NCBI GenBank assembly: GCA_051362555.1
Contig: JBPQGU010000016.1
Location: 4,588,001 to 4,652,000 of the forward strand
Length of the DNA: 64,000 nucleotides
Direction of reading: 5' to 3'
From: Lingula anatina
Taxonomy: Eukaryota > Animalia > Brachiopoda
In this document: positions 49,201 to 61,200 of the stretch, in pieces
Position numbering within the stretch: the first letter of the stretch is position 1
Layout: each line of letters begins with the position of its first letter
The notes under the pieces: model-generated
Databases searched by the model: none
Told to the model about the DNA's origin: nothing
Seen by the model: the letters and a program-made list of their open reading frames with translations, nothing else
Program-made: the position numbers and the translations under genes

Positions 49201-52200
49201 AGAGGGGGGGGGGGGAGACAGAGTTTTTGCTCTATTTCTTCCTTAATGTTGACACCACCACTCTTCCAGCACTTTATTCTTACTACAAATGACCGAACAC
49301 ACCTACCTGACACTATAATGAAGAAAAAAAATTTTCATCCCTACCTGGCCAAAATTGAAGAAATCTCACAGTGCCGGCACTGTTCAAAATCACTCAAAAT
49401 CACCAAAAATCGACCCGTCTCCGATTTTTCCAAAAAGTGACGAAAATCAATCTACCACACCTGTCATTCATAAAAAATGTGGAAACGCGCCCGGGTCACT
49501 TCATCAAGGCCCCCAATTCTAGCTTTAAAGATGATCCAAAAATAAGCTCTGAGAACAGAATCTGAGAGGGGGGGGGGGGAGACAGAGTTTTTGCTCTATT
49601 TCTTCCTTAATGTTGACACCACCACTCTTCCAGCACTTTATTCTTACTACAAATGACCGAACACACCTACCTGACACTATAATGAAGAAAAAAAATTTTC
49701 ATCCCTACCTGGCCAAAATTGAAGAAATCTCACAGTGCCGGCACTGTTCAAAATCACTCAAAATCACCAAAAATCGACCCGTCTCCGACTTTTCCAAAAA
49801 GTGACGAAAATCAATCTACCACACCTGTCATTCATAAAATATGTGGAAACGCGCCCGGGTCACTTCATCAAGGCCCCCAATTCTAGCTTTAAAGATGATC
49901 CAAAAATAAGCTCTGAGAACAGAATCTGAGAGGGGGGGGGGGGAGACAGAGTTTTTGCTCTATTTCTTCCTTAATGTTGACACCACCACTCTTCCAGCAC
50001 TTTATTCTTACTACAAATGACCGAACACACCTACCTGACACTATAATGAAGAAAAAAAATTTTCATCCCTACCTGGCCAAAATTGAAGAAATCTCACAGT
50101 GCCGGCACTGTTCAAAATCACTCAAAATCACCAAAAATCGACCCGTCTCCGATTTTTCCAAAAAGTGACGAAAATCAATCTACCACACCTGTCATTCATA
50201 AAAAATGTGGAAACGCGCCCGGGTCACTTCATCAAGGCCCCCAATTCTAGCTTTAAAGATGATCCAAAAATAAGCTCTGAGAACAGAATCTGAGAGGGGG
50301 GGGGGGAGACAGAGTTTTTGCTCTATTTCTTCCTTAATGTTGACACCACCACTCTTCCAGCACTTTATTCTTACTACAAATGACCGAACACACCTACCTG
50401 ACACTATAATGAAGAAAAAAAATTTTCATCCCTACCTGGCCAAAATTGAAGAAATCTCACAGTGCCGGCACTGTTCAAAATCACTCAAAATCACCAAAAA
50501 TCGACCCGTCTCCGACTTTTCCAAAAAGTGACGAAAATCAATCTACCACACCTGTCATTCATAAAATATGTGGAAACGCGCCCGGGTCACTTCATCAAGG
50601 CCCCCAATTCTAGCTTTAAAGATGATCCAAAAATAAGCTCTGAGAACAGAATCTGAGAGGGGGGGGGGGAGACAGAGTTTTTGCTCTATTTCTTCCTTAA
50701 TGTTGACACCACCACTCTTCCAGCACTTTATTCTTACTACAAATGACCGAACACACCTACCTGACACTATAATGAAGAAAAAAAATTTTCATCCCTACCT
50801 GGCCAAAATTGAAGAAATCTCACAGTGCCGGCACTGTTCAAAATCACTCAAAATCACCAAAAATCGACCCGTCTCCGATTTTTCCAAAAAGTGACGAAAA
50901 TCAATCTACCACACCTGTCATTCATAAAAAATGTGGAAACGCGCCCGGGTCACTTCATCAAGGCCCCCAATTCTAGCTTTAAAGATGATCCAAAAATAAG
51001 CTCTGAGAACAGAATCTGAGAGGGGGGGGGGGGGGGAGACAGAGTTTTTGCTCTATTTCTTCCTTAATGTTGACACCACCACTCTTCCAGCACTTTATTC
51101 TTACTACAAATGACCGAACACACCTACCTGACACTATAATGAAGAAAAAAAATTTTCATCCCTACCTGGCCAAAATTGAAGAAATCTCACAGTGCCGGCA
51201 CTGTTCAAAATCACTCAAAATCACCAATAATCGACCCGTCTCCGATTTTTCCAAAAAGTGACGAAAATCAATCTACCACACCTGTCATTCATAAAAAATG
51301 TGGAAACGCGCCCGGGTCACTTCATCAAGGCCCCCAATTCTAGCTTTAAAGATGATCCAAAAATAAGCTCTGAGAACAGAATCTGAGAGGGGGGGGGGGG
51401 AGACAGAGTTTTTGCTCTATTTCTTCCTTAATGTTGACACCACCACTCTTCCAGCACTTTATTCTTACTACAAATGACCGAACACACCTACCTGACACAA
51501 TAATGAAGAAAAAAAATTTTCATCCCTACCTGGCCAAAATTGAAGAAATCTCACAGTGCCGGCACTGTTCAAAATCACTCAAAATCACCAAAAATCGACC
51601 CGTCTCCGATTTTTCCAAAAAGTGACGAAAATCAATCTACCACACCTGTCATTCATAAAAAATGTGGAAACGCGCCCGGGTCACTTCATCAAGGCCCCCA
51701 ATTCTAGCTTTAAAGATGATCCAAAAATAAGCTCTGAGAACAGAATCTGAGGGGGGGGGGGGGGGGAGACAGAGTTTTTGCTCTATTTCTTCCTTAATGT
51801 TGACACCACCACTCTTCCAGCACTTTATTCTTACTACAAATGACCGAACACACCTACCTGACACTATAATGAAGAAAAAAAATTTTCATCCCTACCTGGC
51901 CAAAATTGAAGAAATCTCACAGTGCCGGCACTGTTCAAAATCACTCAAAATCACCAAAAATCGACCCGTCTCCGATTTTTCCAAAAAGTGACGAAAATCA
52001 ATCTACCACACCTGTCATTCATAAAAAATGTGGAAACGCGCCCGGGTCACTTCATCAAGGCCCCCAATTCTAGCTTTAAAGATGATCCAAAAATAAGCTC
52101 TGAGAACAGAATCTGAGAGGGGGGGGGGGGGAGACAGAGTTTTTGCTCTATTTCTTCCTTAATGTTGACACCACCACTCTTCCAGCACTTTATTCTTACT

Positions 52201-55200
52201 ACAAATGACCGAACACACCTACCTGACACTATAATGAAGAAAAAAAATTTTCATCCCTACCTGGCCAAAATTGAAGAAATCTCACAGTGCCGGCACTGTT
52301 CAAAATCACTCAAAATCACCAAAAATCGACCCGTCTCCGATTTTTCCAAAAAGTGACGAAAATCAATCTACCACACCTGTCATTCATAAAAAATGTGGAA
52401 ACGCGCCCGGGTCACTTCATCAAGGCCCCCAATTCTAGCTTTAAAGATGATCCAAAAATAAGCTCTGAGAACAGAATCTGAGAGGGGGGGGGGGGAGACA
52501 GAGTTTTTGCTCTATTTCTTCCTTAATGTTGACACCACCACTCTTATAGCACTTTATTCTTACTACAAATGACCGAACACACCTACCTGACACTATAATG
52601 AAGAAAAAAAATTTTCATCCCTACCTGGCCAAAATTGAAGAAATCTCACAGTGCCGGCACTGTTCAAAATCACTCAAAATCACCAATAATCGACCCGTCT
52701 CCGATTTTTCCAAAAAGTGACGAAAATCAATCTACCACACCTGTCATTCATAAAAAATGTGGAAACGCGCCCGGGTCACTTCATCAAGGCCCCCAATTCT
52801 AGCTTTAAAGATGATCCAAAAATAAGCTCTGAGAACAGAATCTGAGAGGGGGGGGGGGAGACAGAGTTTTTGCTCTATTTCTTCCTTAATGTTGACACCA
52901 CCACTCTTCCAGCACTTTATTCTTACTACAAATGACCGAACACACCTACCTGACACTATAATGAAGAAAAAAAATTTTCATCCCTACCTGGCCAAAATTG
53001 AAGAAATCTCACAGTGCCGGCACTGTTCAAAATCACTCAAAATCACCAAAAATCGACCCGTCTCCGATTTTTCCAAAAAGTGACGAAAATCAATCTACCA
53101 CACCTGTCATTCATAAAAAATGTGGAAACGCGCCCGGGTCACTTCATCAAGGCCCCCAATTCTAGCTTTAAAGATGATCCAAAAATAAGCTCTGAGAACA
53201 GAATCTGAGAGGGGGGGGGGGGAGACAGAGTTTTTGCTCTATTTCTTCCTTAATGTTGACACCACCACTCTTCCAGCACTTTATTCTTACTACAAATGAC
53301 CGAACACACCTACCTGACACTATAATGAAGAAAAAAAATTTTCATCCCTACCTGGCCAAAATTGAAGAAATCTCACAGTGCCGGCACTGTTCAAAATCAC
53401 TCAAAATCACCAAAAATCGACCCGTCTCCGATTTTTCCAAAAAGTGACGAAAATCAATCTACCACACCTGTCATTCATAAAAAATGTGGAAACGCGCCTG
53501 GGTCACTTCATCAAGGCCCCCAATTCTAGCTTTAAAGATGATCCAAAAATAAGCTCTGAGAACAGAATCTGAGAGGGGGGGGGGAGAGACAGAGTTTTTG
53601 CTCTATTTCTTCCTTAATGTTGACACCACCACTCTTCCAGCACTTTATTCTTACTACAAATGACCGAACACACCTACCTGACACTATAATGAAGAAAAAA
53701 ATTTTCATCCCTACCTGGCCAAAATTGAAGAAATCTCACAGTGCCGGCACTGTTCAAAATCACTCAAAATCACCAAAAATCGACCCGTCTCCGATTTTTC
53801 CAAAAAGTGACCAAAATCAATCTACCACACCTGTCATTCATAAAAAATGTGGAAACGCGCCCGGGTCACTTCATCAAGGCCCCCAATTCTAGCTTTAAAG
53901 ATGATCCAAAAATAAGCTCTGAGAACAGAATCTGAGAGGGGGGGGGGAGACAGAGTTTTTGCTCTATTTCTTCCTTAATGTTGACACCACCACTCTTCCA
54001 GCACTTTATTCTTACTACAAATGACCGAACACACCTACCTGACACTATAATGAAGAAAAAAAATTTTCATCCCTACCTGGCCAAAATTGAAGAAATCTCA
54101 CAGTGCCGGCACTGTTCAAAATCACTCAAAATCACCAAAAATTGACCCGTCTCCGATTTTTCCAAAAAGTGACGAAAATCAATCTACCACACCTGTCATT
54201 CATAAAAAATGTGGAAACGCGCCCGGGTCAATTCATCAAGGCCCCCAATTCTAGCTTTAAAGATGATCCAAAAATAAGCTCTGAGAACAGAATCTGAGAG
54301 GGGGGGGGGAGACAGAGTTTTTGCTCTATTTCTTCCTTAATGTTGACACCACCACTCTTCCAGCACTTTATTCTTACTACAAATGACCGAACACACCTAC
54401 CTGACACTATAATGAAGAAAAAAAAATTTTCATCCCTACCTGGCCAAAATTGAAGAAATCTCACAGTGCCGGCACTGTTCAAAATCACTCAAAATCACCA
54501 AAAATCGACCCGTCTCCGATTTTTCCAAAAAGTGACCAAAATCAATCTACCACACCTGTCATTCATAAAAAATGTGGAAACGCGCCCGGGTCACTTCATC
54601 AAGGCCCCCAATTCTAGCTTTAAAGATGATCCAAAAATAAGCTCTGAGAACAGAATCTGAGAGGGGGGGGGAGACAGAGTTTTTGCTCTATTTCTTCCTT
54701 AATGTTGACACCACCACTCTTCCAGCACTTTATTCTTACTACAAATGACCGAACACACCTACCTGACACTATAATGAAGAAAAAAAATTTTCATCCCTAC
54801 CTGGCCAAAATTGAAGAAATCTCACAGTGCCGGCACTGTTCAAAATCACTCAAAATCACCAAAAATTGACCCGTCTCCGATTTTTCCAAAAAGTGACGAA
54901 AATCAATCTACCACACCTGTCATTCATAAAAAATGTGGAAACGCGCCCGGGTCAATTCATCAAGGCTCCAATTCTAGCTTTAAAGATGATCCAAAAATAA
55001 GCTCTGAGAACAGAATCTGAGAGGGGGGGGGGGGGAGATAGAGTTTTTGCTCTATTTCTTCCTTAATGTTGACACCACCACTCTTCCAGCACTTTATTCT
55101 TACTACAAATGACCGAACACACCTACCTGACACTATAATGAAGAAAAAAAATTTTCATCCCTACCTGGCCAAAACTGAAGAAATCTCACAGTGCCGGCAC

Positions 55201-58200
55201 TGTTCAAAATCACTCAAAATCACCAAAAATCGACCCGTCTCCGATTTTTCCAAAAAGTGACGAAAATCAATCTACCACACCTGTCATTCATTAAAAATGT
55301 GGAAACGCGCCCGGGTCACTTCATCAAGGCCCCCAATTCTAGCTTTAAAGATGATCCAAAAATAAGCTCTGAGAACAGAATCTGAGAGGGGGGGGGGGGA
55401 GACAGAGTTTTTGCTCTATTTCTTCCTTAATGTTGACACCACTACTCTTCCAGCACTTTATTCTTACTACAAATGACCGAACACACCTACCTGACACTAT
55501 AATGAAGAAAAAAAAATTTTCATCCCTACCTGGCCAAAATTGAAGAAATCTCACAGTGCCGGCACTGTTCAAAATCACTCAAAATCACCAAAAATCGACC
55601 CGTCTCCGATTTTTCCAAAAAGTGACCAAAATCAATCTACCACACCTGTCATTCATAAAAAATGTGGAAACGCGCCCGGGTCACTTCATCAAGGCCCCCA
55701 ATTCTAGCTTTAAAGATGATCCAAAAATAAGCTCTGAGAACAGAATCTGAGAGGGGGGGGGGGAGACAGAGTTTTTGCTCTATATCTTCCTAAATGTTGA
55801 CACCACCACTCTTCCAGCACTTTATTCTTACTACAAATGACCGAACACACCTACCTGACACTATAATGAAGAAAAAAAATTTCATCCCTACCTGGCCAAA
55901 ATTGAAGAAATCTCACAGTGCCGGCACTGTTCAAAATCACTCAAAATCACCAAAAATCGACCCGTCTCCGATTTTTCCAAAAAGTGACGAAAATCAATCT
56001 ACCACACCTGTCATTCATAAAAAATGTGGAAACGCGCCCGGGTCACTTCATCAAGGCCCCCAATTCTAGCTTTAAAGATGATCCAAAAATAAGCTCTGAG
56101 AACAGAATCTGAGAGGGGGGGGGGGGGAGACAGAGTTTTTGCTCTATTTCTTCCTTAATGTTGACACCACCACTCTTCCAGCACTTTATTCTTACTACAA
56201 ATGACCGAACACACCTACCTGACACTATAATGAAGAAAAAAAATTTTCATCCCTACCTGGCCAAAATTGAAGAAATCTCACAGTGCCGGCACTGTTCAAA
56301 ATCACTCAAAATCACCAAAAATCGACCCGTCTCCGATTTTTCCAAAAAGTGACAAAAATCAATCTACCACACCTGTCATTCATAAAAAATGTGGAAACGC
56401 GCCCGGGTCACTTCATCAAGGCCCCCAATTCTAGCTTTAAAGATGATCCAAAAATAAGCTCTGAGAACAGAATCTGAGAGGGGGGGGGGGGGAGACAGAG
56501 TTTTTGCTCTATTTCTTCCTTAATGTTGACACCACCACTCTTCCAGCACTTTATTCTTACTACAAATGACCGAACACACCTACCTGACACTATAATGAAG
56601 AAAAAAAAATTTCATCCCTACCTGGCCAAAATTGAAGAAATCTCACAGTGCCGGCACTGTTCAAAATCACTCAAAATCACCAAAAATCGACCCGTCTCCG
56701 ATTTTTCCAAAAAGTGACGAAAATCAATCTACCACACCTGTCATTCATAAAAAATGTGGAAACGCGCCCGGGTCACTTCATCAAGGCCCCCAATTCTAGC
56801 TTTAAAGATGATCCAAAAATAAGCTCTGAGAACAGAATCTGAGAGGGGGGGGGGGGGAGACAGAGTTTTTGCTCTATTTCTTCCTTAATGTTGACACCAC
56901 CACTCTTCCAGCACTTTATTCTTACTACAAATGACCGAACACACCTACCTGACACTATAATGAAGAAAAAAAATTTTCATCCCTACCTGGCCAAAATTGA
57001 AGAAATCTCACAGTGCCGGCACTGTTCAAAATCACTCAAAATCACCAAAAATCGACCCGTCTCCGATTTTTCCAAAAAGTGACGAAAATCAATCTAACAC
57101 ACCTGTCATTCATAAAAAATGTGGAAACGCGCCGGGGTCACTTCATCAAGGCCCCCAATTCTAGCTTTAAAGATGATCCAAAAATAAGCTCTGAGAACAG
57201 AATCTGAGAGGGGGGGGGGGGGGGAGACAGAGTTTTTGCTCTATTTCTTCCTTAATGTTGACACCACCACTCTTCCAGCACTTTATTCTTACTACAAATG
57301 ACCGAACACACCTACCTGACACTATAATGAAGAAAAAAAATTTTCATCCCTACCTGGCCAAAATTGAAGAAATCTCACAGTGCCGGCACTGTTCAAAATC
57401 ACTCAAAATCACCAAAAATCGACCCGTCTCCGATTTTTCCAAAAAGTGACGAAAATCAATCTACCACACCTGTCATTCATAAAAAATGTGGAAACGCGCC
57501 CGGGTCACTTCATCAAGGCCCCCAATTCTAGCTTTAAAGATGATCCAAAAATAAGCTCTGAGAACAGAATCTGAGAGGGGGGGGGGGAGACAGAGTTTTT
57601 GCTCTATTTCTTCCTTAATGTTGACACCACCACTCTTCCAGCACTTTATTCTTACTACAAATGACCGAACACACCTACCTGACACTATAATGAAGAAAAA
57701 AAATTTTCATCCCTACCTGGCCAAAATTGAAGAAATCTCACAGTGCCGGCACTGTTCAAAATCACTCAAAATCACCAAAAATCGACCCGTCTCCGATTTT
57801 TCCAAAAAGTGACGAAAATCAATCTACCACACCTGTCATTCATAAAAAATGTGGAAACGCGCCCGGGTCACTTCATCAAGGCCCCCAATTCTAGCTTTAA
57901 AGATGATCCAAAAATAAGCTCTGAGAACAGAATCTGAGAGGGGGGGGGGGGAGACCGAGTTTTTGCTCTATTTCTTCCTTAATGTTGACACCACCACTCT
58001 TCCAGCACTTTATTCTTACTACAAATGACCGAACACACCTACCTGACACTATAATGAAGAAAAAAAAATTTTCATCCCCACCTGGCCAAAATTGAAGAAA
58101 TCTCACAGTGCCGGCACTGTTCAAAATCACTCAAAATCACCAAAAATCGACCCGTCTCCGATTTTTCCAAAAAGTGACGAAAATCAATCTACCACACCTG

Positions 58201-61200
58201 TCATTCATAAAAAATGTGGAAACGCGCCCGGGTCACTTCATCAAGGCCCCCAATTCTAGCTTTAAAGATGATCCAAAAATAAGCTCTGAGAACAGAATCT
58301 GAGAGGGGGGGGGGGGGGGGGGAGACAGAGTTTTTGCTCTATTTCTTCCTTAATGTTGACACCACCACTCTTCCAGCACTTTATTCTTACTACAAATGAC
58401 CGAACACACCTACCTGACACTATAATGAAGAAAAAAAATTTTCATCCCTACCTGGCCAAAATTGAAGAAATCTCACAGTGCCGGCACTGTTCAAAATCAC
58501 TCAAAATCACCAAAAATCGACCCGTCTCCGATTTTTCCAAAAAGTGACCAAAATCAATCTACCACACCTGTCATTCATAAAAAATGTGGAAACGCGCCCG
58601 GGTCACTTCATCAAGGCCCCCAATTCTAGCTTTAAAGATGATCCAAAAATAAGCTCTGAGAACAGAATCTGAGAGGGGGGGGGGGGGGAGACAGAGTTTT
58701 TGCTCTATTTCTTCCTTAATGTTGACACCACCACTCTTCCAGCACTTTATTCTTACTACAAATGACCGAACACACCTACCTGACACTATAATGAAGAAAA
58801 AAAATTTTCATCCCTACCTGGCCAAAATTGAAGAAATCTCACAGTGCCGGCACTGTTCAAAATCACTCAAAATCACCAAAAATCGACCCGTCTCCGATTT
58901 TTCCAAAAAGTGACGAAAATCAATCTACCACACCTGTCATTCATAAAAAATGTGGAAACGCGCCCGGGTCACTTCATCAAGGCCCCCAATTCTAGCTTTA
59001 AAGATGATCCAAAAATAAGCTCTGAGAACAGAATCTGAGGGGGGGGGGGGGAGACAGAGTTTTTGCTCTATTTCTTCCTTAATGTTGACACCACCACTCT
59101 TCCAGCACTTTATTCTTACTACAAATGACCGAACACACCTACCTGACACTATAATGAAGAAAAAAAATTTTCATCCCTACCTGGCCAAAATTGAAGAAAT
59201 CTCACAGTGCCGGCACTGTTCAAAATCACTCAAAATCACCAAAAATCGACCCGTCTCCGATTTTTCCAAAAAGTGACGAAAATCAATCTACCACACCTGT
59301 CATTCATAAAAAATGTGGAAACGCGCCCGGGTCACTTCATCAAGGCCCCCAATTCTAGCTTTAAAGATGATCCAAAAATAAGCTCTGAGAACAGAATCTG
59401 AGAGGGGGGGGGGGAGACAGAGTTTTTGCTCTATTTCTTCCTTAATGTTGACACCACCACTCTTCCAGCACTTTATTCTTACTACAAATGACCGAACACA
59501 CCTACCTGACACTATAATGAAGAAAAAAAATTTTCATCCCTACCTGGCCAAAATTGAAGAAATCTCACAGTGCCGGCACTGTTCAAAATCACTCAAAATC
59601 ACCAAAAATCGACCCGTCTCCGATTTTTCCAAAAAGTGACGAAAATCAATCTACCACACCTGTCATTCATAAAAAATGTGGAAACGCGCCCGGGTCACTT
59701 CATCAAGGCCCCCAATTCTAGCTTTAAAGATGATCCAAAAATAAGCTCTGAGAACAGAATCTGAGAGGGGGGGGGGGGGGAGACAGAGTTTTTGCTCTAT
59801 TTCTTCCTTAATGTTGACACCACCACTCTTCCAGCACTTTATTCTTACTACAAATGACCGAACACACCTACCTGACACTATAATGAAGAAAAAAAATTTT
59901 CATCCCTACCTGGCCAAAATTGAAGAAATCTCACAGTGCCGGCACTGTTCAAAATCACTCAAAATCACCAAAAATCGACCCGTCTCCGATTTTTCCAAAA
60001 AGTGACGAAAATCAATCTACCACACCTGTCATTCATAAAAAATGTGGAAACGCGCCCGGGTCACTTCATCAAGGCCCCCAATTCTAGCTTTAAAGATGAT
60101 CCAAAAATAAGCTCTGAGAACAGAATCTGAGAGGGGGGGGGGGAGACAGAGTTTTTGCTCTATTTCTTCCTTAATGTTGACACCACCACTCTTCCAGCAC
60201 TTTATTCTTACTACAAATGACCGAACACACCTACCTGACACTATAATGAAGAAAAAAAAATTTCATCCCTACCTGGCCAAAATTGAAGAAATCTCACAGT
60301 GCCGGCACTGTTCAAAATCACTCAAAATCACCAAAAATCGACCCGTCTCCGATTTTTCCAAAAAGTGACGAAAATCAATCTACCACACCTGTCATTCATA
60401 AAAAATGTGGAAACGCGCCCGGGTCACTTCATCAAGGCCCCCAATTCTAGCTTTAAAGATGATCCAAAAATAAGCTCTGAGAACAGAATCTGAGAGGGGG
60501 GGGGAGACAGAGTTTTTGCTCTATTTCTTCCTTAATGTTGACACCACCACTCTTCCAGCACTTTATTCTTACTACAAATGACCGAACACACCTACCTGAC
60601 ACTATAATGAAGAAAAAAAATTTTCATCCCTACCTGGCCAAAATTGAAGAAATCTCACAGTGCCGGCACTGTTCAAAATCACTCAAAATCACCAAAAATC
60701 GACCCGTCTCCGATTTTTCCAAAAAGTGACGAAAATCAATCTACCACACCTGTCATTCATAAAAAATGTGGAAACGCGCCCGGGTCACTTCATCAAGGCC
60801 CCCAATTCTAGCTTTAAAGATGATCCAAAAATAAGCTCTGAGAACAGAATCTGAGAGGGGGGGGGGGGAGACAGAGTTTTTGCTCTATTTCTTCCTTAAT
60901 GTTGACACCACCACTCTTCCAGCACTTTATTCTTACTACAAATGACCGAACACACCTACCTGACACTATAATGAAGAAAAAAAATTTTCATCCCTACCTG
61001 GCCAAAATTGAAGAAATCTCACAGTGCCGGCACTGTTCAAAATCACTCAAAATCACCAAAATTCGACCCGTCTCCGATTTTTCCAAAAAGTGACGAAAAT
61101 CAATCTACCACACCTGTCATTCATAAAAAATGTGGAAACGCGCCCGGGTCACATCATCAAGGCCCCTAATTCTAGCTTTAAAGATGATCCAAAAAGCTCT

